A DNA stretch of 59,706 nucleotides from an uncultured Bacillales bacterium (GTDB taxonomy: Bacteria; Bacillota_I; Bacilli_A; RF39; UBA660): NCBI GenBank assembly GCA_946614095.1, contig CAMOGG010000003.1:1-59706 (forward strand), written 5' to 3'. How positions within the stretch are numbered: the stretch's first letter is position 1; every line of letters starts with the position of its first letter. A model generated the notes under the pieces. That model made no database searches and was not told the DNA's origin. It saw only the letters and a list, made by a program, of their open reading frames with translations. Made by a program: the position numbers and the translations under genes. Shown here piece after piece: positions 51,215 to 59,706 of the stretch.

Positions 51215-51990
51215 TGGCTGAAAGATTAAATGATCTAACAGGGAAAGAATGGCTTCAAAATTCTTTTAGTATATGGAGAAATATTAATAAAAATCCAGAA
51301 GAAAAAAAATTAAACCATCCTGCGTCTTATCCCGCAGAGCTAGCAGAAAAAATAATAAGAATATGGACCAAAGAGGGAGCTTTAGTTTTAGATCCGTTTT
51401 TAGGTAGTGGTTCAACATTAGTAGGAGCATTGCAAGCTGGGAGAAGATGTATTGGAATAGATTTATCTAAAGACTATTGTAAGATGTCAAAAGAGAGAAT
51501 TAATAATTATGATAAAAATTTATATAAAATAGTCAATGGAGACAGTTTAAAAGAAGTACCTAAAATAAAAGAAACAATAGATTTAACAGTAACTTCTCCT
51601 CCGTATTGGGATGTTTTGAATCAAAGGAGGACTGCAGATAGAAAAGATTCTAAAAATTATAGTAATTCTAATTCTGATTTAGGAAACATGAATGAGTATG
51701 AAGAATTTATCGATGCATTAAAAAAAATATTCAAAGAGATATTTGATAAGACAAAACCTGGTGGCTATTGTGTAATTAATGTCATGGATATAAGAAAAAA
51801 AGAAAAGTTCTATGCATTACATATAGATATAGTTAAAGCATTAGAAAAAGTTGGATGGTATTTTGATGATTTAATAATATGGGATAGACAAAATGAATAT
51901 AATAACATGAAGCCTCTTGGTTATCCTTATAAGTATAGAATTAATAAGGTTCATGAATATTTACTAATTTTTAATAAGGTGGTGAAATAA
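51205..51990 (+). CDS. Amino-MTase, probably N4-cytosine
   Basis: HPASYP, DPFLGSGST, then TSPPYW. Confidence 0.88.
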   Translation: MDLMAERLNDLTGKEWLQNSFSIWRNINKNPEEKKLNHPASYPAELAEKIIRIWTKEGALVLDPFLGSGSTLVGALQAGRRCIGIDLSKDYCKMSKERINNYDKNLYKIVNGDSLKEVPKIKETIDLTVTSPPYWDVLNQRRTADRKDSKNYSNSNSDLGNMNEYEEFIDALKKIFKEIFDKTKPGGYCVINVMDIRKKEKFYALHIDIVKALEKVGWYFDDLIIWDRQNEYNNMKPLGYPYKYRINKVHEYLLIFNKVVK

Positions 51991-52877
51991 TGGATATAAG
52001 ATTTGCATATTTACTTGGATTAATCATTGGGAATGGTACTATTCAACGAGGAACACAAGATACTACCGTTGTGATTGACTTACCACATAAGAATTTTAAA
52101 GTAGATGATAGAGATGTAAAACTATTTGTTTTAGCAAGTTTAAACGATATTAGAAATTATTTAGAACCATTGTTAGACAGAAGTATTCAAACCACTCAGA
52201 ATGACACAGTAACACGTTTATCTTTTTCAAAGGATAATAGAGATTTTTTAATTACGGAATTAAATAGGTACTTGAATAGATGTAGTAATCATGAAAATAT
52301 GAGAATACATGAAAATGTATTTGAACAAAGTTATGATGTTAGAATAGCAATCTTACAAGGTATAGCAGATTCAACTGGATATGTAAGAAGATCTAATCGT
52401 TATTTTAAATCATATGAACATAGAGTTTATATAGAAGTTCCTCAAAATTGGGAATTGGTAATAGATATTTGCAATCTTTTAAAAAGTGTCGATATTCCGG
52501 TACATACAATTGATTTTGCTCACCCAAATATGAGAGATGGTAACTTAGTTCATTATAAATCAGGAAATAGATATTTTTGGAAGAAAGAACATCAAATAAA
52601 AATATGGGTAAATGAATTCATGCCAGTAGGATTTAAAGTAAAACATAAACAATTAGCATTACAAGAATTTGCCAAAGAGTATGCAGAAGGGAAAGGTCTT
52701 AGCTTAAATGAATTGAATGTAAAAACTCATAAATTTTATTGGGAGAGACGAGTTAATAAAACCGAAAGAAAAGCTCATCCAATGGTAAATGATGAATTTA
52801 TTCCTATAAGTATTAGAGGTAAGCAATTTTCTAATTGGCAAGAAATTGCTGAAACATTAGGGTATGGTGAAGAGTAA
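51990..52877 (+). CDS. Double-motif LAGLIDADG-fold protein; putative large subunit of a two-chain restriction enzyme
   Basis: YLLGLIIGNG and ILQGIADSTG helices; TAATG coupling on both sides. Confidence 0.6.
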   Translation: MDIRFAYLLGLIIGNGTIQRGTQDTTVVIDLPHKNFKVDDRDVKLFVLASLNDIRNYLEPLLDRSIQTTQNDTVTRLSFSKDNRDFLITELNRYLNRCSNHENMRIHENVFEQSYDVRIAILQGIADSTGYVRRSNRYFKSYEHRVYIEVPQNWELVIDICNLLKSVDIPVHTIDFAHPNMRDGNLVHYKSGNRYFWKKEHQIKIWVNEFMPVGFKVKHKQLALQEFAKEYAEGKGLSLNELNVKTHKFYWERRVNKTERKAHPMVNDEFIPISIRGKQFSNWQEIAETLGYGEE

Positions 52878-53350
52878 TGGCAGAAAAAGATTGGTATCCA
52901 GAAATGTCTGATTGGTTGAAACAATATTTAGTTGATAAGTACAAAGGATATGAAGTAACAGTAACATATGAAACAGCTGTACAAAAGCTTGATGTAGTAC
53001 TAATGAAATATGGTATTGATTGTCCAATGGCAAAAGGACTAGATATTGAAGTCGATATAATTGGTATTTTAAAAAGAAAAAATACATATAAATTAGTGTT
53101 TATGGAAGTAAAAGATGTTCCGTTAAAATTAACACACTTAGGTCAGTTGTGGGGTTATTGTCAATTAATCAATCCAGAAGAAGCATTTTTGATTTCACCG
53201 AGAGGACTTGGGACATTAGGAAAATGCTTACTTGATTTAAGAAGAATAGATATTCTTAAGTACGGAGAAAATCATTTGAATAAAAGTATGAAGGTAGTGA
53301 AATGGGATCCTCATAGTAAATCGCTCGATTACACAACATTAGTTGAATAA
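52877..53350 (+). CDS. Small PD-(D/E)xK endonuclease subunit
   Basis: EVDIIG..FMEVK..GQLWGY. Confidence 0.75.
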   Translation: MAEKDWYPEMSDWLKQYLVDKYKGYEVTVTYETAVQKLDVVLMKYGIDCPMAKGLDIEVDIIGILKRKNTYKLVFMEVKDVPLKLTHLGQLWGYCQLINPEEAFLISPRGLGTLGKCLLDLRRIDILKYGENHLNKSMKVVKWDPHSKSLDYTTLVE

Positions 53351-53447
53351 AGATGACTTACATTTTTGTAAGTTTTTTTTGTGGTAATTACGTTGTTCGC
53401 TGGCCCTTTAGTAAGTAAAATGATATAATTTCTATAGGTGATAAATC

Positions 53448-53834
53448 ATGATTACAGTAGTAGCAGCTCTTATAGTAAGAGATAATAAAATTCTTATAGC
53501 AAAACGTTCTACTGGAGATCCTAACGTATTTGGTAAATGGGAATTTCCAGGTGGAAAAGTAAAAGAAAATGAAACAGAAGAACATGCAATAGAAAGGGAA
53601 ATAAAAGAAGAGTTTGAAATGGATATAAAAGCTAATAAATTCTTAATTAACAATATTTGTGAATATCCTACAAAAACTATAGATCTAAGATTATATAAAT
53701 GTGAATATATATCTGGAAAATTTAATCTTCATGATCATTCGGAATATAAATTTGTTAATAAAGAAGAGATACTTAAATATGATTTATGTCCTGCAGATAT
53801 ACCACTAGCTGAATATGTTAAGGAGATGAAATAA
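53448..53834 (+). CDS. MutT-like NUDIX hydrolase
   Basis: WEFPGGKVKENETEEHAIEREIKEE; PADIP. Confidence 0.92.
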   Translation: MITVVAALIVRDNKILIAKRSTGDPNVFGKWEFPGGKVKENETEEHAIEREIKEEFEMDIKANKFLINNICEYPTKTIDLRLYKCEYISGKFNLHDHSEYKFVNKEEILKYDLCPADIPLAEYVKEMK

Positions 53835-55096
53835 TGGCTACCTTAGTTGAAGATACAAGAAGAGCAGTAATAGAATTACATGAAGAGACAAAAAAAGAAT
53901 GGATTAGTTTAAAAGAAATATATCAAAAAGTAGAAGAAATAAGGAAAGAACCTAATGCTAATAATGGAGCATCTATTAGAGCAGCGTTAGAAACACATTG
54001 TAAATCATCAGATGCATTTCGTGGAGAAGAATTATACATTATGAAAGAAAAAGGATCTGGATTGTATAAATCAATTTATTACGATGCAATTAATATAATT
54101 GATAACATGACTATTGGAGATATATTTACTAGAGATCAATTAATGTCTATATTTAAAATTAGTGGTCAATCTGGAATGATGAAAACAAATACATTAAATG
54201 CCTTAGTTTTAACAACTTCAGAAGAAAGCATATATGGTGATTCTAGTATAGAGAATGGTACAATTCAATATACAGGTGAAGGACAAGAAGGAGATCAAAC
54301 AATAACTAAGAATAATAAGACATTATTTTATTCTAAGGATAATAATTTACCAGTATATCTTTTTACTAAAGATAAGAAAAGAAGATATATATTTGAAGGA
54401 AGAGTAGAGTTATATGATAAGCCATATCAAATTCCAGAAAATGATAAAAATGGTAAAGAAAGATTAGTATGGAAATTTCCTTTAAAAGTAATATATTCTG
54501 AAAATGATATAGTTGATGAATCTATAAAAGATATTTCATATGAAATAATAGAAATATCAAATAGTATTCAAGCAGATGATAATAAGGATATTATTTATGA
54601 TGAGAGCCCATTAGAATTAAGAAAATATAGAAAAAATGATATTGAGAGAAAGATCAATAGAACAAAGAAACCGGATTATTTAGCTGAAGAATTAGTTAAA
54701 ACAAAACAAGGCGAATTAAATGAAAAGGTTATTTATGAAAGAGAATTTCAAAAGATAATGGAATTAGAAGCTAAAGAAGAAGTTGAAAGAATGGAAGATT
54801 TTTTTAAAAATAAAAATGATAGTGAAGGATATGATATCTTATCTTTTGAACAGCAAGAAGATGGATCTCTAAAAGAAATATATATTGAAGTAAAATCTAC
54901 AAAAGGTAATGAGGGAACTCCAATTGATATAACCGATAATGAATTAGAATTTGCTAAAAAGCATATTGATCAATACTATTTATATAGAATATATAATAGT
55001 GATAAAAAGAATAAAACTCTAAAAATAGTAACAGGAAAAGAATTAGTGGAAAACTATACTTTTGTTCCATCAAGTTATAAGATTTATTCACAATAA
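53834..55096 (+). CDS. Putative modification-dependent endonuclease: wHTH-like + SRA-like + DUF3883-like nuclease
   Basis: YTGEGQEGDQ..NKTL..YLF..YIFEG (SRA-like); GYDILS..YIEVKST (DUF3883-like). Confidence 0.75.
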   Translation: MATLVEDTRRAVIELHEETKKEWISLKEIYQKVEEIRKEPNANNGASIRAALETHCKSSDAFRGEELYIMKEKGSGLYKSIYYDAINIIDNMTIGDIFTRDQLMSIFKISGQSGMMKTNTLNALVLTTSEESIYGDSSIENGTIQYTGEGQEGDQTITKNNKTLFYSKDNNLPVYLFTKDKKRRYIFEGRVELYDKPYQIPENDKNGKERLVWKFPLKVIYSENDIVDESIKDISYEIIEISNSIQADDNKDIIYDESPLELRKYRKNDIERKINRTKKPDYLAEELVKTKQGELNEKVIYEREFQKIMELEAKEEVERMEDFFKNKNDSEGYDILSFEQQEDGSLKEIYIEVKSTKGNEGTPIDITDNELEFAKKHIDQYYLYRIYNSDKKNKTLKIVTGKELVENYTFVPSSYKIYSQ

Positions 55097-55129
55097 TAAA
55101 TTAGTATTATGTAATATAAGGAGGGTAAT

Positions 55130-56560
55130 ATGATTGGACCAATTTTAAATCATGCATATAAAAGGCAAAATAATAGAGATCCATTAGGAATCGATGGTAT
55201 TTCTCAAAGTATAGTTGGAGAATTATGCCCTATAGTAAATAGCGTTACATATCATGCTATTTATTGGATTTTCGTTAATTGGATTTATTATGACTTATAC
55301 GAAAATCAAAAAACAACTGATATGAGTGAAAGAACATTAAATGCTTATATAAAGAAATTAAATTATTTTATGATCTTAGGAAATTTATTAAATGATGTAG
55401 ATGTATCTAATATGGTTGGAGTTGATAAAATCAGACCACTAGATAGAAATCTTGAATCATATTCATATAGTGAAGATTATATTCAAACTCTTACTGGTAT
55501 TAATTATTATAAGGCGGCTTTAACTAGTGCTGGTTTTATTACATACACAGATGAATACAATAACGAATATCAACATTTGAAATTTACCCAAAAAGGTAAA
55601 AATCTTGCTTTATCTTTAGATAAATTTGTAACAAATACAACAATTTACAAGGACTACTTTTTAAAAAATAATTATAATAGTATTCCCAGAAATGTAATTA
55701 AAGAATTTGGAAAAATAGTAAGTTTTAATTTAGAAATCTTAGAAGAATCAAAAAAACTATTAAAAGAGTATTTTTTCGATACAATAACCAAGCTTTCCTT
55801 ACAATCAAAATTTATTAAATACTTATATTATGATTTAAAAATAGAAAATATAAGTGACAATGGGTTGAGAACATTTTTATATGATTATTTTTCTCCAAGA
55901 TCTTTCAACAATAAATATCCCGATGATCTTGAAGAAATAATAAAGGGTTGGGAACTTCTTGTATCAAGACATTATTTTACAAACTCTATAGAAATGATTT
56001 TTAATTATGTATTAGAAATATTAACTTTACCAACATCAATTAACTCGTTTGTTGATAAATTAACAAATGATTTATCAGAAGATAGACTAGTAGACTATGT
56101 AAATAGTTATAAGTTAAATGGAGAGGAAATAAATGATATTCTTTCTTATGCAAAAAATAGAAGGAATAGTCATGACAAAAACATTGAAAATGCAATTATT
56201 ATAATGTGTTCTCTTTACAATAGACTTAAGAATAGAAATGACTTAAATCAATTATTTTTATTACTAGATAATGACAATACATCAATATCTTTAGATAAGA
56301 TGTTGAAAGATATAGATCAATTTAAGGATAAGTCTGTTAAAGAATTTGGTAAATACATAGTTAAAGAATATGTTATAAATCAACATATTAAAACAGCAAA
56401 AAGAAAAATGACATTAGATGAGGATTCGTTCTTCTTTGGTTACTATAATGAAATAATATATGGAATTAATCGTTATGATTATAGATACGATTATCAAAAC
56501 TTAAGAATAAATAATTTGTTTCAAGTTATGAAAGAACTTGATATGTTAGGAGGTAAGTAA
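55130..56560 (+). CDS. DPLG-motif defence-associated protein
   Basis: RDPLG..LCP..VT...YW.F..W N-terminus; LR..N...VMKELD C-terminus; 1 bp from the PLD gene. Confidence 0.55.
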   Translation: MIGPILNHAYKRQNNRDPLGIDGISQSIVGELCPIVNSVTYHAIYWIFVNWIYYDLYENQKTTDMSERTLNAYIKKLNYFMILGNLLNDVDVSNMVGVDKIRPLDRNLESYSYSEDYIQTLTGINYYKAALTSAGFITYTDEYNNEYQHLKFTQKGKNLALSLDKFVTNTTIYKDYFLKNNYNSIPRNVIKEFGKIVSFNLEILEESKKLLKEYFFDTITKLSLQSKFIKYLYYDLKIENISDNGLRTFLYDYFSPRSFNNKYPDDLEEIIKGWELLVSRHYFTNSIEMIFNYVLEILTLPTSINSFVDKLTNDLSEDRLVDYVNSYKLNGEEINDILSYAKNRRNSHDKNIENAIIIMCSLYNRLKNRNDLNQLFLLLDNDNTSISLDKMLKDIDQFKDKSVKEFGKYIVKEYVINQHIKTAKRKMTLDEDSFFFGYYNEIIYGINRYDYRYDYQNLRINNLFQVMKELDMLGGK

Positions 56561-56561
56561 T

Positions 56562-59072
56562 ATGGAAGCTCTTAACATATTAGACAATATTCTTTTAAAA
56601 TCAAAAGGATATGAGGTAGCTCTTTTAACTACATATAACTTTGAGATACCGTTTTTTGAAAGAAATGTATTAAATAGATTAGAAGCAAATAATATTAGAA
56701 GATTTGGATTGTTTGTTGATTCAAAGAATTATGTTGATGCAATCAATTCTATTGATAGTAGTTCGATAGGAAAAAAATACATAGTAACTGAAGTAGATAT
56801 TAATGCATCATTTCATCCTAAGATAATATTGCTTCTTGGTGAGAAAAAAGCTAGATTAATAGTTACAAGTGCTAATCTGACTTTCACAGGTTATTGTTAT
56901 AACAACGAAATATTTAATTATTTTGATTATGATGAAAATAACACAACATATTTATCCTTAATTAAGGAAGCATATTTTTATTTTGTAACTTTAAACAATA
57001 TATATAGTAGAATAGAAGACGATATTTTTGACAAAATAAAAGATTATAATTACTTACATAGAACATCTGTGGAAACAAATGTTAAATTTGTTTCTAATTA
57101 TAATCATTCAATAATAGAACAAGTATTAGACCTTAATTTGGATGTTAGACAAATAGACATAGCGGTACCTTTCTATGATAATGAATTAAATGCATTAAAG
57201 GGTATAAAAGAAATATTTCCTGCAGCTAAAATAAATTTATATGTTCAAAATAGGTTTAGTACCTTTAATTTTAAATTAAATCAAGAACAAAAAATAGTAA
57301 CTGATAATATAAATGTTTTTGATACATTTAAAGAAATTGGTACACCTGCAATATATCATGGTAAAGTATTTAGATTTATTACTGATGATAGTTCCTGCGT
57401 ATTGTATGGAAGTGCGAATTGTACTGAAGCAGCATTGTTTAGAACAAGTGTAGATGGCGGAAATTATGAATGCGATATTTTAGCGCATGGTGAGATAAAT
57501 GAATTTGATTATTATTTTGATAATTTTGTAATTATTGATTCAGAAGAAGAGTTAGTAAATAGAAATCTTTCATATAATAGTGTTAAAAAATATAACTTTA
57601 AACATATTCCAAGCGAGGATAATAATAAATTGCATATTAAATATAAAGAACAGTGGGATGATTTAAAAATCTATATCAATCAAACTGAGTATAAATATAC
57701 ATGTTTAGATAATGAACTAATTATAGAAATAAATAATGAAGTTCCATATGGAATATTTAAAATTGAATTTGTGTCTGAAGGAAAAAACGAAACAATAAAT
57801 GCATTTATAATTTTCAAAAATGTAATGACTGAATATAGAAATTCTAATAATAGAGATTTATCAGTAACATTAGATAAGATAAATAATAGCAAATCATGCG
57901 AGTACATAAAATATTATAAGATGCTGTTAGATTTAATACCTTATGATGTTAATTCACTAAAAGAAGTAAAAGAAAATACAGATGTTTATAATGATGCGAT
58001 AAATCAAAAAGAATCTGATGATGAATTTGATGAAGAATTTGTGGTGGATTTTGATATTCCAGATGATATTCTTAACAGGCAAAAAGAATACAACAAAATT
58101 GAATCAATTAAGAGAGGAATAATCAGTAACTTCAGAATTAGAATTCTTGCCGGAAGAAAAAAAGGAATGCATGGTAGGCGCTTATTTGATAATGATCCAC
58201 CAAAAGAAGAACTAGATATTAAAATATCTATTCCTTTACCGGAAGAAGAAAAGTTCTCTCGTTATATTAAAAGACTGTTTAATAGTATTTTAGACACTAA
58301 GTATTTAGAGGATAGTAGTTTAAAAAATTACATAGATAATATTATATTGTTAGTTAATGTTGTTTATACATACAATGATGATAATAAAGCAAATGCATTT
58401 AACATTAATGACTATAATAATTTGTTAATATCATTCTTTGAAATAATTCAAGAAAAAGAATTGTTGTCATTGGATGAAGAGACTTTAGAAATAATTAAGA
58501 TATTATTATTGGCAGTATTGCTTCAAATATCACAAGACAAAGAAAATCAAAATAAAGCCATTATAGAAGTGAAATGCAGAAATATACTATTAAATTATGA
58601 TAGACAATTAGCGTTAAAGAATGATTATTCTAGTTATTTGGAATCATCATTAGATCTAATAAATAATCTTGTTCCTTTTGAGGAAGCAAAGACAATTATT
58701 GAAAAATATTTTAATTACAAAAATGAGGATGAATTATATTCTTTAATAAACGAAAAAATAAATGGCAAGATTACAATTGAAAAGAATAATAACATATTGA
58801 TAGTTAATGCCAATACATCAAAAATTGGTAGATATATGAATACTCAGAATATTGTTAGTGTTTTTAGTGAAGTAAAAAACAGATATAGACAAACAAAAGA
58901 AGTAGACACATTGCTAATAAATATTGCTAATGATAGTATAAGAGATGATCAACCTAATCCTATAGAATGCGTGAGATACGTATATAGTATTAATTCATCA
59001 ATTGTAGAAAGATATTTTAAAAATAAAAAAGATACTGATTTTATATTGGTTGGCAGTGAAAGAATTACTTAA
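56562..59072 (+). CDS. Phospholipase-D-superfamily nuclease with two HxK motifs
   Basis: TTYNFE..FFE; FHPK..TSANLT; YHGK..GSANCT. Confidence 0.8.
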   Translation: MEALNILDNILLKSKGYEVALLTTYNFEIPFFERNVLNRLEANNIRRFGLFVDSKNYVDAINSIDSSSIGKKYIVTEVDINASFHPKIILLLGEKKARLIVTSANLTFTGYCYNNEIFNYFDYDENNTTYLSLIKEAYFYFVTLNNIYSRIEDDIFDKIKDYNYLHRTSVETNVKFVSNYNHSIIEQVLDLNLDVRQIDIAVPFYDNELNALKGIKEIFPAAKINLYVQNRFSTFNFKLNQEQKIVTDNINVFDTFKEIGTPAIYHGKVFRFITDDSSCVLYGSANCTEAALFRTSVDGGNYECDILAHGEINEFDYYFDNFVIIDSEEELVNRNLSYNSVKKYNFKHIPSEDNNKLHIKYKEQWDDLKIYINQTEYKYTCLDNELIIEINNEVPYGIFKIEFVSEGKNETINAFIIFKNVMTEYRNSNNRDLSVTLDKINNSKSCEYIKYYKMLLDLIPYDVNSLKEVKENTDVYNDAINQKESDDEFDEEFVVDFDIPDDILNRQKEYNKIESIKRGIISNFRIRILAGRKKGMHGRRLFDNDPPKEELDIKISIPLPEEEKFSRYIKRLFNSILDTKYLEDSSLKNYIDNIILLVNVVYTYNDDNKANAFNINDYNNLLISFFEIIQEKELLSLDEETLEIIKILLLAVLLQISQDKENQNKAIIEVKCRNILLNYDRQLALKNDYSSYLESSLDLINNLVPFEEAKTIIEKYFNYKNEDELYSLINEKINGKITIEKNNNILIVNANTSKIGRYMNTQNIVSVFSEVKNRYRQTKEVDTLLINIANDSIRDDQPNPIECVRYVYSINSSIVERYFKNKKDTDFILVGSERIT

Positions 59073-59162
59073 TTGTAATTCTTTTTTTATGCTTTTTCTT
59101 GTGTTTTGAATAAACTAAAAAAATAGGTACGAACAATAGACTTTCGTAATAAGAATATATAA

Positions 59163-59361
59163 AATAAAAGAACCGCTTGCCCCCACACCTATTGAGATTG
59201 TGACTTTTGATTTTTTTTACTATTTATCAATACTTTTTAAAAAGAAGGAACTATAGGAATCCTACCACTTTCGGGCGAAGCCCGCGAATTTTTGGGGCTC
59301 TCGCGCTCCAGCCCCAAAAAAGGTGAAGAAAGGTCTATTTTAATCTTGACACCATCTCCAA
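59163..59361 (-). repeat. Right copy of the ~200-bp structured inverted repeat
   Basis: Reverse complement matches 47870-48067 in colinear blocks; contains CGGGCGAAGCCCG and TTTTTGGGGCT..AGCCCCAAAAA hairpins. Confidence 0.85.
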
Positions 59362-59514
59362 AAACAAGTACACTGAACTTACAACTTATAGAAGAGGAAG
59401 TTATAATACCATTTCTATTACTAGAGAAGGGACTAACTTGATCGAGGTCAACTCTCCAAAACCTATCACTAGGTTGAGTAAAAATGTAGTAAATTCAATG
59501 TATTAGTAAGATAC

Positions 59515-59586
59515 AGGGGATTAGTTAAATGGTATAATAATGGTCTCCAAAACCTCTGTTGGGTGTTCGATTGAACAATCAGATTA
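59515..59586 (+). pseudogene. Degenerate tRNA-Trp(CCA)
   Basis: AGGGGATTAGTTAAATGGTATAATAATGGTCTCCAAAACCTCTGTTGGGTGTTCGATT resembles tRNA-Trp; 3' T-stem and acceptor strand not complementary; anticodon stem mismatched. Confidence 0.65.
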
Positions 59587-59591
59587 GATTA

Positions 59592-59624
59592 AAAAAGACT
59601 TGAAGATTTACTTCAGGTCTTTTC
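59592..59624 (+). terminator. Intrinsic terminator-like hairpin
   Basis: AAAAGACTTGAAG-ATTTA-CTTCAGGTCTTTT. Confidence 0.6.
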
Positions 59625-59706
59625 TTATTCCTTTTTATCTGATTGTTCATTATTTTGCATGTTGGAGATTAGTGAATGTTCGGCGTGTTTAGTTTTAAGA
59701 TCTTTT

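Noticed and set aside
51990-52877. Intron- or intein-encoded homing endonuclease
   Set aside because: Free-standing coupled ORF with no splicing motifs and no canonical catalytic acids
2985-57907. Numerous 60-116 aa antisense or overlapping ORFs in the track
   Set aside because: They are shadows of well-supported genes, with hydrophobic composition typical of AT-rich antisense frames
47870-59361. Classical composite transposon or IS
   Set aside because: No transposase, the repeats are diverged, and no target-site duplication was found
59515-59586. Functional tRNA-Trp
   Set aside because: The T-stem and acceptor stem cannot pair, and there is no CCA end
1-59706. Complete DGR (RT, avd, template repeat) in the window
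   Set aside because: No ORF with RT motifs and no AAC-rich copy of the VR was seen; the two VRs differ at non-A positions, so neither is the template of the other

Overview
AT-rich chromosomal window from a walled, low-GC Firmicute using genetic code 11 (TGA is used as a stop; VanY, amidase and deacetylase genes are present). The gene style suggests an uncultured Bacilli lineage such as RF39, which is an inference. (1) A SipW-type signal peptidase operon (24338-35609) encodes several SipW-class (TasA-like) putative fibre subunits and a 2130-aa repeat protein ending in a tyrosine-phosphatase domain. Two paralogous exported proteins (128-1282 and 33716-34855) have Cys-rich C-termini that look like diversity-generating retroelement (DGR) variable regions. 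The signs are A-free scaffold codons, NNY variable codons, a shared GC-rich post-stop motif and, in copy 1, a GRNA-loop hairpin. No reverse transcriptase or template repeat lies in the window. (2) A mixed accessory and housekeeping stretch (1.5-24 kb) holds a Y-family polymerase plus YolD, mutY, mgtA, LysR, VanY, a soluble FtsH-like protease and a degenerate type I R-M pair. It is punctuated by six copies of an ATATCCAC-N7/8-GTGGAT palindrome. (3) An ~11-kb defence island (48254-59072) encodes a DUF2075-like nuclease-helicase, two MTases, a LAGLIDADG-fold protein, a small PD-(D/E)xK nuclease, a NUDIX hydrolase, an SRA-DUF3883 nuclease, a DPLG-motif protein and a PLD nuclease. It is bracketed by ~200-bp diverged, structured inverted repeats and lies next to a degenerate tRNA-Trp. 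All family calls come from motif recognition by eye, not database searches.
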